This document shows, one piece after another, positions 10,081 to 21,949 of a stretch of 52,456 nucleotides of DNA. A program made the translations under genes and the position numbers. The notes beneath the pieces were generated by a model that saw nothing but the letters and a program-made list of their open reading frames with translations, made no database searches and was not told the DNA's origin. The stretch is from Octopus bimaculoides (Eukaryota): the NCBI RefSeq assembly GCF_001194135.2, contig NC_069000.1, positions 13,580,069-13,632,524 on the forward strand, given 5' to 3'. How positions within the stretch are numbered: the stretch's first letter is position 1; each line of letters begins with the position of its first letter.

Positions 10081-10705
10081 GGATCTTGTTCAAAACGGGG
10101 GCACCAGTATTTTCTTAACGAAACACTAACGAAACACTTTGAAACTTGGGACACTGGTAGAATGTGTCATATAAAACATCTTTTACTCTTAGTCTTCTTA
10201 ACAAAAAAACCTACATCGCAAGTTATTTCATGTTAAAGTTGTCGTATTTCTGTAATTTCAACCAATCACTGACGTCTATTCAGCTGAATAGAGTTACTGC
10301 TGACCGGTCATAAAAATGTTATTCCCTGTCACATATTTCATCCGGTTTAATCGTAATTTATACGCATATATTGTTTATATAATAAATTACGCTGTGCGTA
10401 TCTATGCGTGTAACAATTTTAGAGTTCGGATTCTAGAGTTAGGGTTAGTTTTAGGGTTAGGCTTAGGGGATTAATACGATATACACCGTTACAGCGCTAA
10501 CTGTTTTCAACTGAATAGACGTCAGTGATTAGTAGAAATTATCGAAATAAGACAATTTTTTACATGAAATAAATTCGAATACAAAATTTTTTTTCTGTTT
10601 TATAAGACAAAATAGATAAGTATACGAAGCTTGAAAGTCTTTCGGTACCAAAAACACTACATAAAACATAAATGAAAACTGGTGCCCCCGTTTTGAACAA
10701 GATCC
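10081..10705. mobile_element. Foldback MITE 2, Merlin-like (GG...CC ends, 8-bp TSD), with telomere-type repeat core
   Basis: 28-bp TIR GGATCTTGTTCAAAACGGGGGCACCAGT; exact TSD CTACTGTT at 10073-10080 and 10706-10713; internal inverted segment aatcactgacgtctattcag; TTAGGG-type hexamers at 10439-10468. Confidence 0.82.
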
Positions 10706-11236
10706 CTACTGTTGCAACGAAAATATTTCATGTTGAGGTTTGTGTGTCACATTGCTATCTAGAGGCGATGGCCTCTTGGAGCTAATCAACGGCAGCATTC
10801 GTCCTATTTTCTTGGACTGCCGTGTTAGCTTGGCGATAACTATTAAGATCATTTATTCATTATTGTAATAATAGCATGAGAAGGCAAAATGCTTTCGATT
10901 CTGTCAGTGTACAAGCGACCTGCAATGTAATTCGAGTTGGCCAGGCCTGGTCTAGATTAATCGTCCGTCCAGTCATTAACTCATCGTTATCTTTACAAGT
11001 GCACTAATTCGATATTCAATGCCGCTGACGGTGATATTACCGGCATAAAGATGCACTGCAATTCTCTACTCAAGCTCTATGGAGAAAGTTTTTTACAGTT
11101 TCAACTTCTGCTGTTATTTCTACACACTCAGTGTGTAGATTGCTAGACGTAACAAAATGAAATAACACCAGAAAACTGGTGTACACAGTTAGTTGTACAT
11201 CATGACACAATGTAGCTACTGCGCTTCAGAATTATA

Positions 11237-11602
11237 TGTTGTTGTTGGCACTCGGTCGCTTACGACGTCGAGGGTTCCAGTTGATCCGATCAACGGAACA
11301 GCCTGCTCGTAATATTAACGTGCAAATGACTGAGCACTCCACAGACACGTGTGCCCTTAACGTAGTTCTCAGGGATATTCAGCGTGACACAGTGTGACAA
11401 GGCTGACCCTTTGAATTACAGGCACAACAGAAACAGGAAGTAAGAGTGAGAGAAAGTTGTGGTGAAAGAGTACAGCAGGAGCCTCGTGGAGCTTTAGGTG
11501 TTTTCGCTCAATAAACACTCACAACGCCTGGTCTGGGAATCGAAACCGCGATCCTATGACCGCGAGCCCGCTACCCTAACCACTGGGCCTTTGCGCCTCC
11601 AC
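11237..11602 (-). mobile_element. tRNA-derived SINE family C (possibly the octopus OK family), young copy
   Basis: tRNA-like head with A/B boxes, (CAA)n tail, exact 11-bp TSD tcagaattata (11226-11236 / 11603-11613); nearly identical to 16536-16919. Confidence 0.9.
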
Positions 11603-12260
11603 TCAGAATTATAAACCCATACATAAAAATCAACCGTATCGACTAACTTCATGGATGGTCGCCAATTACCGATAGTGATCCATATTAAAAGCTTTCAATT
11701 GATATGAACTTATCGAACCTTTCTACAAATCCTCTTATTGACTAATAATTGCTGCCGCCGAAGATCATCATCAATTAATTCGGATTCCTGAGTTTATCTT
11801 TCCAAATGATTGATTATCCTCACATGGCCAGATAGATTTAAACACGAATCTTCTAACATAGTGTTTCTCAACCTTGTTCTTCTTCTTCTTATTATTATTA
11901 TTATTATTAATGGATCTCTTTGATTCCTATTTTACTCGGGTGGACCGTCCTAGCCTTTCGATGTTTTAAAAAAAATCTATAATTAAATATTATTAAGAAT
12001 TGTATAAAAACGACTGTTTAAATATTGGGTGCTACCCACTTTACCTCTGGAAAGAAGTGGTATATATTAGTTTGGTCTCTATCCTTTGACTTATCCCGCA
12101 TGGGCGGTCCTAACAGGAGCATGCACTCTACAGAAGTAGTTCTCAGAGTCAGTGAAGTACACAATAAGGGCGTATATTCCGTGTGTGCTGCAAACCCATT
12201 GAAAATGGCAAATTCATTATAAACATTAACCTTATTCATTAATTTAATCACAAATCTTAA

Positions 12261-12550
12261 CCCATTACCTCCCATAATTCTATTAACTGGAATTTTTTTA
12301 TGAAACTTTGATTTCTAGCATAAAACAGCCTTAGAAACACGCTGGAATGATCAAAATAACATTTCAAAATAACATTTTAAATAGAAATAAGCGAGATATT
12401 GGGTGAAAAATTAGCAAACCTCATTTGAATATCAGAGAAATATACCTAGTAGATATAGCAAAAAGGTTAGATATGTGTAAATATTGACAGACAATTACGA
12501 AATTTGTAATTTTTAAATTATCTCATATGAGATGACTGGTAGGTAATGGC
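12261..12550. mobile_element. piggyBac-type MITE (290 bp) inserted at TTAA
   Basis: TTAA at 12257-12260 and 12551-12554; TIRs cccattacctccca / gccattacctacca (12/14). The uninterrupted host sequence with a single TTAA occurs at 2784-2787. Confidence 0.85.
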
Positions 12551-13159
12551 TTAATGGAAAACTTTCGTTATATCCCCTGCTTGAAATTTGGTGGCATTGG
12601 GTGTAGCAGCATACCTGATTCAACAACCACCATATGCCACTGGTACACAAGCCTCCACACTGCAGCACAAGAACTGAAACGTGTGGTGTAACAGTGATTG
12701 TAGAACCTGGTATTTCTTAAGAACTTTGGACGGTTTAAGCAGCAACACCAGATATGACGAGACATATAATGCAGTAATTATTATGTTTTGTGTAGCTAGC
12801 TTAAGAGATAAGGTTGTTGTTTCCTTCATTCGTGAATTATTTTTAACATTCATGTTCATGACGACAAAACAGGTTTTGCATGAAAGTGTCAAGGTTGAAA
12901 GTGAACAACATCCGTGTGCAGAAAATGATTAAGGGTTGAAGTATAGTATTACTTGTATAACAAATGAGCTTTGCAAGAGATAGCAATAAGTAGGTCGTTA
13001 CTTACTTAAAACTGTGCATCGTTTTCGATAAGCGGCTATATTTCGTGAAAATCCGGTCGTGTTAAGCGGAAACTGGTATGAGGTTAATGAGCTTAAAACT
13101 GGTATTTCAATTATCTTCGCAAATTTCCCGAAAATTGGAACGTACTTCTCGGCAAGGCT

Positions 13160-13310
13160 ATTCTTTTTATTTGCTTCAGTCATTTGACTGCAGCCATGCT
13201 GGAGCACCGCCTTTAGTCGAAGAAATCGACCCCAGGACTGATTCTTTGTAAGCCTAGTACTTATTCTTTCGGCATTTTGCTCGACTTGCAAACGATTCTG
13301 CCAGCTCGCT
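13160..13310 (-). mobile_element. Chimeric SINE: family B head fused to family A 3' half
   Basis: gcgagctggcagaatcg head followed by ataagtactaggcttacaaagaat...ctccagcatggctgcagtcaaatgactga. Confidence 0.65.
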
Positions 13311-13526
13311 ACTTAATTTTTCGAAAATATTAAAAGCTACCCTGTCGCCAATATAACGCAGCAGAGACCGAACGAAATTTGCCATTATGCTACGAATGCT
13401 CTACTAATTTGTCGCCCTTCACTATTGCAATCGCCTACTTTAGTCCCAAGCCAAGAGATTTTCTACAACTTTTTCCAGGTTCTTCTGAAGGAAGGTAATT
13501 GCTGTTAAAGTAATAGTAATGCAAAA

Positions 13527-13995
13527 TATTAGGTTGTTTCACATGAAATGTCGTATTTGAAAGGTAACAATAAAATGTTTCAGAAGTGTTAGAGAACTGA
13601 TTTATTTAATCAAAGCATGATCCATGCGTTTCTCTGTCATATATTCCATCTTTAAAAACAAAATTCCAACTTTTGGTGTGATAAACTGTCCGAATGCTTC
13701 AATTATCTCTTCTCTATTTAAGAATGTTTTATTGCTTAGGAAAAGCTCAAAATGCTTAAATAAGTAATCAGTAGGAGAGATATCAGGAGAATAGGGAGGA
13801 TGTTGCAAAATCTCATAGTTCAGGCTTTGCAACTTTTGGACAGTAGCTTGGGGAGTGTGAGGGGGTGCATTGTCGTGGAGCAAAATTGGGCCATCTCTAG
13901 TCACTCGTCTGAGTTGCTTCTTTTTCAAATTCTCATGCATACAATCAATTTCCTTGCAATACGATGTTGCTGTTATCCCCCTGCTTATTAATGTA
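13527..13995 (-). mobile_element. Mariner C-terminal half plus ITR
   Basis: ILLHDNAPPH...LQHPPYSPDISPTDY.F motifs; ITR TA-ttaggttgtttcacatgaaatgtcg at 13527. Confidence 0.9.
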
Positions 13996-13999
13996 TACA

Positions 14000-14218
14000 G
14001 GAGGCGGTGAGCTGACAGAATTGTTAGCATGTCGGGCGAAATGCTTAGCGGCATTTTGTTTGTCGCTACGTTCTGAGTTCAAATTCCGCCGAGGTTGACT
14101 TTGCCTTTAATCCTTCGGGATCGATAAATTAAGTACCAATTGAGTACTGGGGTCGATTTAATCGCCTTAACCCCTCCCCCAAAAGTTCAGGCCTTGTGCC
14201 TATAGTAGAAAGGATTTT
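14000..14218 (+). mobile_element. SINE family B (ggcgagctggcagaatcg head, ATT tail)
   Basis: B box gagttcaaattcc; central ttgcctttcatcctt.ggggtcgataaattaagtacca block shared by many copies. Confidence 0.85.
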
Positions 14219-14595
14219 TAATGTATATAGGGAGTTGGGTTGGCAAAGCGCCGGACAAAATGCTTTGCACTATNNNNNNNNNNNNNNNNNNNNNNNNNNN
14301 NNNNNNNNNNNNNNNNNNNNNNNNNNNNNNNNNNNNNNNNNNNNNNNNNNNNNNNNNNNNNNNNNNNNNNNNNNNNNNNNNNNNNNNNNNNNNNNNNNNN
14401 NNNNNNNNNNNNNNNNNNNNNNNNNNNNNNNNNNNNNNNNNNNNNNNNNNNNNNNNNNNNNNNNNNNNNNNAATCGAAGTTAACTTTACCTTTCGTCCCT
14501 CCGTGATCTATAAAATAAGATTCGTGTGCTAAAAAGTTAAGACTTGTGTAGCTAGAGTCAATAGTTAGGGGTGGGAGCAGCGCATGGAAAAGGCA

Positions 14596-14830
14596 TCATG
14601 GCATCTCCTGTTTGTCCACCTGTTCTGTTTGTTGTTCTCTTTGGGCGCACCACGCCTTCATGTGGCCTCTCTCTCCACATGTGAAACATATCGGCGGCCT
14701 TCGCTCTACACTGACTCTCAATCTTACCTCTTCTGGCAACACAATCTCATCCACTACATTGTTCAAATCCTCCGTAGTTGCCTGTATTGTCAATTCAATA
14801 CCATATCCCCTTCTGGGTCTTGGTATCCTT
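14596..14830 (-). mobile_element. Gag-like ORF1 fragment with CCHC zinc knuckle (non-LTR retrotransposon)
   Basis: V.VERRPPI-CFTCGERGHMKAWC (knuckle at 14647-14688); no start context. Confidence 0.6.
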
Positions 14831-16535
14831 CAAAATCTTCCCATCCTTCATATTATATGTTATTGCTGTCATCAGCCATTCTCCTGTCATTTTCATTTTG
14901 GTAGTCATTTTTATTTTGCAGTTATAATCAAAACACAAAGATACAATTTCAAAGGAAGTAAATAATTATTTTGTATTTAAAATTAAAATAGACGGAAGAT
15001 ACATTTTAAAGGAAGTATATAATCGTTATTTTGTATTTAATAACCACACAATAACACAAAATAGTTTTACAATAATCTCATACTTTTACATTGTATGGTA
15101 TACCATAGCATCAAAACAAAGTAAAAGAAAACGTTTAATTTAATTATTTTACATTTTAAATGTTAGATGAAAACAAAACGAAGGAATATGAAAGACTGTA
15201 TATAGCAACTGCAACAGCCTCTTTTGTTTAGGTTTAATTCTTGCGAAGATATCAAATTCCTTTGTTATAATATATTTCAGTGTAATTGTATTTCAATGGA
15301 AAGTAAAGCTAACCCAGACAAATCTTTTATTACCCATTGTAGAAACAAAGATGCGATTTTTATGTTCTTGATCGTTATGCAACTGTGATAGTTAGTGTTA
15401 AGGTTAGAAATAATGTGGTTGAAATGCAGACAGATTTGGTTAAATGAAATAGATACAACAGATTAGGAATTGAAATACGTTTTGATGGTCATTTGTTCCA
15501 CGTTTCTATTTGTAATACTTATAATATATTTGTACATGTCTTTGAATAAAAGATTTCAGTTTGATTGTCGATGCTGTCTGAGTATGTGTCCGCTAATAAT
15601 TCTAATTTGTTCATTTTATCAGCGTTATAAAAACTGTATGGTTCTCCAACTGAGAAATACCAATGAGAATACAGAAAAGTGTTTACATCCAAATAACTTT
15701 TTCTTCGCCATGGCAGTGGACAAGTTGAAAGCCATTTTAATATTATCAATAAAAACGTAACACAGAGGAAGGGACGACAACAAGACATACGGGAAAAAAA
15801 CAAAAAACGCGCGCGGGGGCAGTAGACGCAGAAATGTTCAATCCTTCGTCAGTTATAGACCAAATATCATTAAATTTCGACATATTTAGCTCAGTTTGAC
15901 AGTGTCAACACAACATAAGCTACTGAGGCATAAATGAGCAGCACGAGAGACGAACACGAACAGTAGAAATAAGACAAGTACAACGATGAGAAAAGATAAC
16001 GTCTCTGGAGAAAAATTCATATGGTTACACTTGAACTCAGAGTCACAGCGAACTAAGTGTAGTAGTTGCCTCACTAAGCTGTGGATTCTAAAAAACATGT
16101 TTGTAATATAGGCGCAGGCACGAATGTGTAATTAAAAAGTTACGTTCGTAACCATGTAGCTCTTGCTGCAGTCCCGCTGTGTAGCACCTTAGACAAATAT
16201 CTTACACTCTAGTCTCGAGTTGAACAACGCCGTGAGTGAAATTAGAAAGAGTAAAACCATGGAACCCTTCCGTGTATATATGCTATATGCATATACGTAC
16301 ATTATGCAGAATATTCTCAACTCTCTCGTTGAATATACTATAGCATTGGTCATTCGATTTTTAGTCAATCGTCTATCATCCATCACCAAATGGTGAACAC
16401 GATCAATGTTTTCCACGGTGGTGGCGGTTGCAGGATGTCCAGACCTTGGGAAACCTTTAAGATTCTCCCGTAAATTCAGCTGCTCACATTTGTTCTAACG
16501 ATAAAGCTGGAGTGCCATGCCCTTATATAGCAACC

Positions 16536-16919
16536 GTTGTTGGCACTCGGTCGCTTACGACGTCGAGGGTTCCAGTTGATCCGATCAACGGAACAGCCTG
16601 CTCGTGAAATTAACGTGCAAGTGGCTGAGCACTCCACAGACACGTATCCTTAACGTAGTTCTCGGGGATATTCAGCGTGACACAGAGTGTGACATGGCTG
16701 ACCCTTTGAATTACAGGCACAACAGAAACAGGAAGTAAGAGTGAGAGAAAGTTGTGGTGGAAGAGTACAGCAGGGTTCGCCACCATCTCCTGCCGGAGCC
16801 TTGTGGAGCTTTAGGTGTTTTCGCTCAATAAACACTCACAACGCCCGGTCGGGGAATCGAAACCGCGATCCTCTGAACGCGAGTCCGCTGCCCTAACCAC
16901 TGGGCCATTGCGCCTCCAC
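16536..16919 (-). mobile_element. tRNA-derived SINE family C, young copy
   Basis: 18-bp TSD tgcccttatatagc(a/t)acc at 16518-16535 and 16920-16937. Confidence 0.9.
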
Positions 16920-18423
16920 TGCCCTTATATAGCTACCATGGAAGCATGAATGTCATTGGGGGCTGAACCCTTTTTCTGCAGGTACTTGATATCACCACCA
17001 TGCAAAATTTTGTCCATTTCCAATAGAAGTCGCAACTAGTGACATCTGAAGTCTTCTTTGAACAACCAGATGTCAATTTGCCTGGAAAGAAATAATGCAG
17101 TAATTGATAAGTAGAGTTGAAATTAATGCGTGCAAGATTTCACAGCTCTGGCATCACTCCTTCATAGTCTGCCTATGAACTTTTCAGCCCACCCTCGTTT
17201 GTGTATACGTATATATGTATGTATGTTTGTAGATTTGTATAAATTTGTAGATTTATATAAATATGTGTAGGGTATGTGTGTTAGCCTTAAACTGGCAATT
17301 ACCATATCTAATTACACGAAAGAGGCACGGGAATTAAACACATCCTTATTTCAGCAATGCATTTTCAGGAAAAAAAAACTTTACTGCATAAAATCATGTA
17401 ATATACACCCATATAGGACCGGAAGTGATATTATGAGACATTTTTTTTTGGGGGGGGGGGGAGAAAAGCATCTTATATGCTTAGTATCATATAATTTGTT
17501 TTATAAAGCTGACTTCGAGAAACCCGCACTCTATTTAATTTTTTCAAATAGCTTTATGTCTTCGAAAAGTCCGTGTAAATAAATAAATAAATACACTCAA
17601 AAACACACACACACGCACTCACACACACACACATAGAGTGTATAAGGAGGCACTAACTATATACACATCAGTATTTAAACCTATTTAACAAAGTAATACG
17701 CAATAGAAAAGTACATGCACAATGAATTTATGCAGAACTTAAAATTCTATTTTTCTTTAGTCTTTTCGAGGTTTTTTCCAGAAAATTTAAACTATAACCT
17801 TTATATGGTTGGCCTTTCAATTTACGATGTTAATATTTCTCTTTCTTGATAACACCATATTTATATTTTAGCCTACAGTTGACCTTTATCTGACACGGCA
17901 CATGCTTCTCTTTTTAAAATATCTATTAACCAAAACAAAAGCCAACTTTAGATACGTACAACTTTCTTTAGCACTAAACAAAATACACAATCGAATTAAA
18001 GCTACTTTATTGTAGACATTTTCCATCAAATACTAGTTTTCAAAATCAAATCTTCATCCATAAATCTGTAAAAATTCGTTCTACTCAGTATAGAAATCAA
18101 TCGTTTACTTGTTTCTGTCACTAGACTATGACAATGTTGAGGCAGATCATTACCGCGTTGAAGAGTTTTAATCAAACAAATCGACCTCAAACAAATCGAG
18201 CCAAAAGGAACGTTAAATAAGTACCAGGCTTTTAAAAGAAAAGTACTGGGGTCGATTTATTTGAATAAAAATTCTTCAAGGCAGTGCTCCAGCATGACCG
18301 CAGTCTAATGACTGAAACAAGTAAAAGATAACGGAGAAAGATATATTTTAGAGAAAATGCATTTCTGAAACTACACAGGGTCGACATCTGCACCAAAAAT
18401 TAAGAATAAAGTCAGTATTAATA

Positions 18424-18641
18424 ATCCTCTCTACTAAAAACACAAGGCCCGAAATTTTGTGGAGAGGGGGACTAGTTGATTACATTGACCCCGGTGTTTC
18501 ACTGGTACTTAATTTCACGACCCCGAAAGAATAAAAGGCAAAGTTAACCTCGGCGGAATTTGAACTCAGAACGTAAAGACAGACGAAATTCCGGTAAGTC
18601 TTTTGCCCGGCATTCTAACGATTCTGCCAGCTCACCGCCTG
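18424..18641 (-). mobile_element. SINE family B with TSD
   Basis: 16-bp TSD aaagt(c/t)agtattaata at 18408-18423 and 18642-18657. Confidence 0.88.
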
Positions 18642-18684
18642 AAAGTTAGTATTAATACACATGTGCGACATCCCATCGTTCTTC

Positions 18685-18899
18685 TACGCGGGTATGTTGA
18701 TAAGTTCCTAGCTTTAAAGGTGTCGCGAAAGGCCTGGTTGGAGGCCCAACATTCCGAGTTCTTTTACAGGGCTTAGCAAACCTGAAGGACCGTTGCAATA
18801 AGTGTGTGAATCTGAGAAGGGAATATGTTGAATAAAATCATAATTAACTGATCCACCTGTATTTTTCTTTTATCCAAAGCTTTTCAGCACCTCCTCGTA
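18685..18899. mobile_element. Mariner-derived MITE, copy 1
   Basis: TA-cg...cg-TA ends; the body retains a RCNKCVNLRGEYVE*-like mariner tail; homologous to 48735-48956. Confidence 0.8.
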
Positions 18900-19209
18900 T
18901 TTCTTTAACTACACAACGGAAAAATAACCGCACCTATCTTCTTTGTATTATGGTGACATGGTAGGAAGTTTTGTTTACTCTTACTTGATCTTCCATTCTT
19001 TTTAACTTACTGTGATGCATTTTCACAGGTTCTTATCAGACTGCCATGAGCCTAAACGTGACTTCCATTATCGTCAAAATTAAGATTCACATTGACGGTG
19101 AAGGAGGCCATCTCGACAAAACTAATCATTTTATTTATTTTACTTGTAAAATATTACTTGCATATCATTAATATTTTTTTTAATGAAACAACTGAATCAC
19201 TCCCAAAAT

Positions 19210-19530
19210 ATACGGGGTCGCGACAAAAGGTTCCCGGACTAATAAAAAATAACTTATTTACCTATGTTTTAACATCATCTCTTTCGAAATAGTCACCTCG
19301 CGCAGCAATACCTCGGACCCAGCTTTCCTGCCACTTTTGAAATCCAGCCTGGAAGTCGTGTTCCGTAAACGAGTTGAGAACTGTCTGCGATTTGCTCTTG
19401 ATCTCGACAACGGTGTTAAAACGGTGACCTTTAAGCTGCATTTTCATCTTGCTGAAGAGATAGAAGTCTGCAGGTGTTAAATCTGACGAATAGGGCGAAT
19501 GTGGAAACGATACCAAGTCATTGGCGAAAA
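19210..19530 (-). mobile_element. C-terminal fragment of a second mariner family with a different ITR
   Basis: PHSPYSSDLTPADFYLF..MK..LKGHRF...WQESWVRGIAARGDYFE; ITR-like tacggggtcgcgacaaaaggttcccggac. Confidence 0.85.
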
Positions 19531-19922
19531 ACTAATGAGTGAGGAGAGCATTTAATCCATCAAGCCGAATAACTGATTTTGGCCTACCCCTTGTTTTATT
19601 TTCAAGGCTATCATCTTCTTAATTAGAGCTTTGGAACCATCACTGAACAGTTCTGATGTCAACAAAACCATTGCCAAGGTCCGCTTGATATTTCGTAGAG
19701 CTTCTGCGACAGAGTGACGTAGTTTGTACTCATACGAGAAAATCACTCAACATAGTTTGGCTGTTACCATTTTCATAAGGTCTGTGGGTACGAATTTTGT
19801 ATTTGGTATTAATATTGTTGGGAAAGAAAAAGAGTCAAGATTACGTGCTAGGTATACATAATTGAGTTGTTAAATGACTGAAATAACAAGCTATTAAAAT
19901 GCGACATTTCATATGAAACAAC

Positions 19923-19928
<6 letters not shown>
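19531..19928 (-). mobile_element. Mariner N-terminal HTH fragment plus ITR
   Basis: IFSYEYKLRHSVAEALRNI; the ITR at 19893-19928 is nearly identical (inverted) to the ITR at 13527. Confidence 0.8.
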
Positions 19929-19970
<42 letters not shown>

Positions 19971-20953
19971 NNNNNNNNNNNNNNNNNNNNNNNNNNNNNN
20001 NNNNNNNNNNNNNNNNNNNNNNNNNNNNNNNNNNNNNNNNNNNNNNNNNNNNNNNNNNNNNNNNNNNNNNNNNNNNNNNNNNNNNNNNNNNNNNNNNNNN
20101 NNNNNNNNNNNNNNNNNNNNNNNNNNNNNNNNNNNNNNNNNNNNNNNNNNNNNNNNNNNNNNNNNNNNNNNNNNNNNNNNNNNNNNNNNNNNNNNNNNNN
20201 NNNNNNNNNNNNNNNNNNNNNNNNNNNNNNNNNNNNNNNNNNNNNNNNNNNNNNNNNNNNNNNNNNNNNNNNNNNNNNNNNNNNNNNNNNNNNNNNNNNN
20301 NNNNNNNNNNNNNNNNNNNNNNNNNNNNNNNNNNNNNNNNNNNNNNNNNNNNNNNNNNNNNNNNNNNNNNNNNNNNNNNNNNNNNNNNNNNNNNNNNNNN
20401 NNNNNNNNNNNNNNNNNNNNNNNNNNNNNNNNNNNNNNNNNNNNNNNNNNNNNNNNNNNNNNNNNNNNNNNNNNNNNNNNNNNNNNNNNNNNNNNNNNNN
20501 NNNNNNNNNNNNNNNNNNNNNNNNNNNNNNNNNNNNNNNNNNNNNNNNNNNNNNNNNNNNNNNNNNNNNNNNNNNNNNNNNNNNNNNNNNNNNNNNNNNN
20601 NNNNNNNNNNNNNNNNNNNNNNNNNNNNNNNNNNNNNNNNNNNNNNNNNNNNNNNNNNNNNNNNNNNNNNNNNNNNNNNNNNNNNNNNNNNNNNNNNNNN
20701 NNNNNNNNNNNNNNNNNNNNNNNNNNNNNNNNNNNNNNNNNNNNNNNNNNNNNNNNNNNNNNNNNNNNNNNNNNNNNNNNNNNNNNNNNNNNNNNNNNNN
20801 NNNNNNNNNNNNNNNNNNNNNNNNNNNNNNNNNNNNNNNNNNNNNNNNNNNNNNNNNNNNNNNNNNNNNNNNNNNNNNNNNNNNNNNNNNNNNNNNNNNN
20901 NNNNNNNNNNNNNNNNNNNNNNNNNNNNNNNNNNNNNNNNNNNNNNNNNNNNN

Positions 20954-21170
20954 CAGAGTGACGTAGTTTGTACTCATACGAGAAAATCACTCAACATAGT
21001 TTGGCTGTTACCATTTTCATAAGGTCTGTGGGTACGAATTTTGTATTTGGTATTAATATTGTTGGGAAAGAAAAAGAGTCAAGATTACGTGCTAGGTATA
21101 CATAATTGAGTTGTTAAATGACTGAAATAACAAGCTATTAAAATGCGACATTTCATATGAAACAACCTAA
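20954..21170. other. Identical 217-bp copy of 19710-19926 across an N-gap (probable assembly overlap)
   Basis: Base-for-base identity at offset 1244; both copies end at a (TA)n tract; the second starts right after the gap. Confidence 0.8.
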
Positions 21171-21499
21171 TATATATATATATATTATTATAAAATCTGG
21201 TAATTAATCATATATTAATTAATATCGATTAATTATCAGGAGGCCAGCACATCTAAAGAATCAAAGAGATTCAGAAATAGTATCTGCAATCTCAGGAGAT
21301 TAAGGTACATTTTTAAAAAATAACGTTGACCACTAACGTGGACAATTAATGTGCTAGAAATAGATCACATTTTGTGTCTATTAAGACCTAAATTGTTCTC
21401 AACATGAAATATAGCAGCATACCAAAACGTGAGCGGGCAAGACATTTAAAATCACCTAAAAAAGCATTCTTAAACATAGGTTCAAAAAAACACAAAAAA

Positions 21500-21720
21500 C
21501 AATGACAAAAAAACAACAAAGTGAGGACGTGATACGGATAGTGTTATTGGACGCTCGGGAAAGGAAAGAGAGAGANNNNNNNNNNCGGATAGTGTTATTG
21601 GACGCTCGGGAAAGGAAAGAGAGAGAGAGTATGACGTTTCGGGCGGAGCCCTTCGTCGGAAAGACGGAAAGTTCAAAGACGGCACCGATGCCCACGAGGT
21701 TACATTGTGGAAGGCAATGT
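21500..21720 (-). mobile_element. Penelope-like terminal repeat fragment with hammerhead-like motif
   Basis: Minus strand CCGACGA-AGGG-CTCCG-CCC-GAAACGTCA at 21660-21632. Confidence 0.5.
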
Positions 21721-21905
21721 ATATATAGGTTTATGTGTGTGTATGTATGTATATTTATACATAAATATATACATATATATATATATAGGTTTGTATATGT
21801 ATGTACGCATATATGTAGATAGGTATGTATGCATGCATGTACCTCAGGTATGCATATATGAATGCATGTATGTATACGTGTGTGTGTGTGTGTATGTGTG
21901 TGTGT

Positions 21906-21949
<44 letters not shown>

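Noticed and set aside
11500-11602. SINE heads (here and at 16820-16919, 14000-14090 and others) as tRNA genes
   Set aside because: They have A/B boxes but no proper cloverleaf, and continue into SINE bodies with tails and TSDs.
19710-21170. Biological tandem duplication of the mariner end
   Set aside because: Perfect identity, a gap between the copies and a (TA)n boundary indicate unmerged contig ends; the same pattern occurs at 21535-21630 around a short gap.
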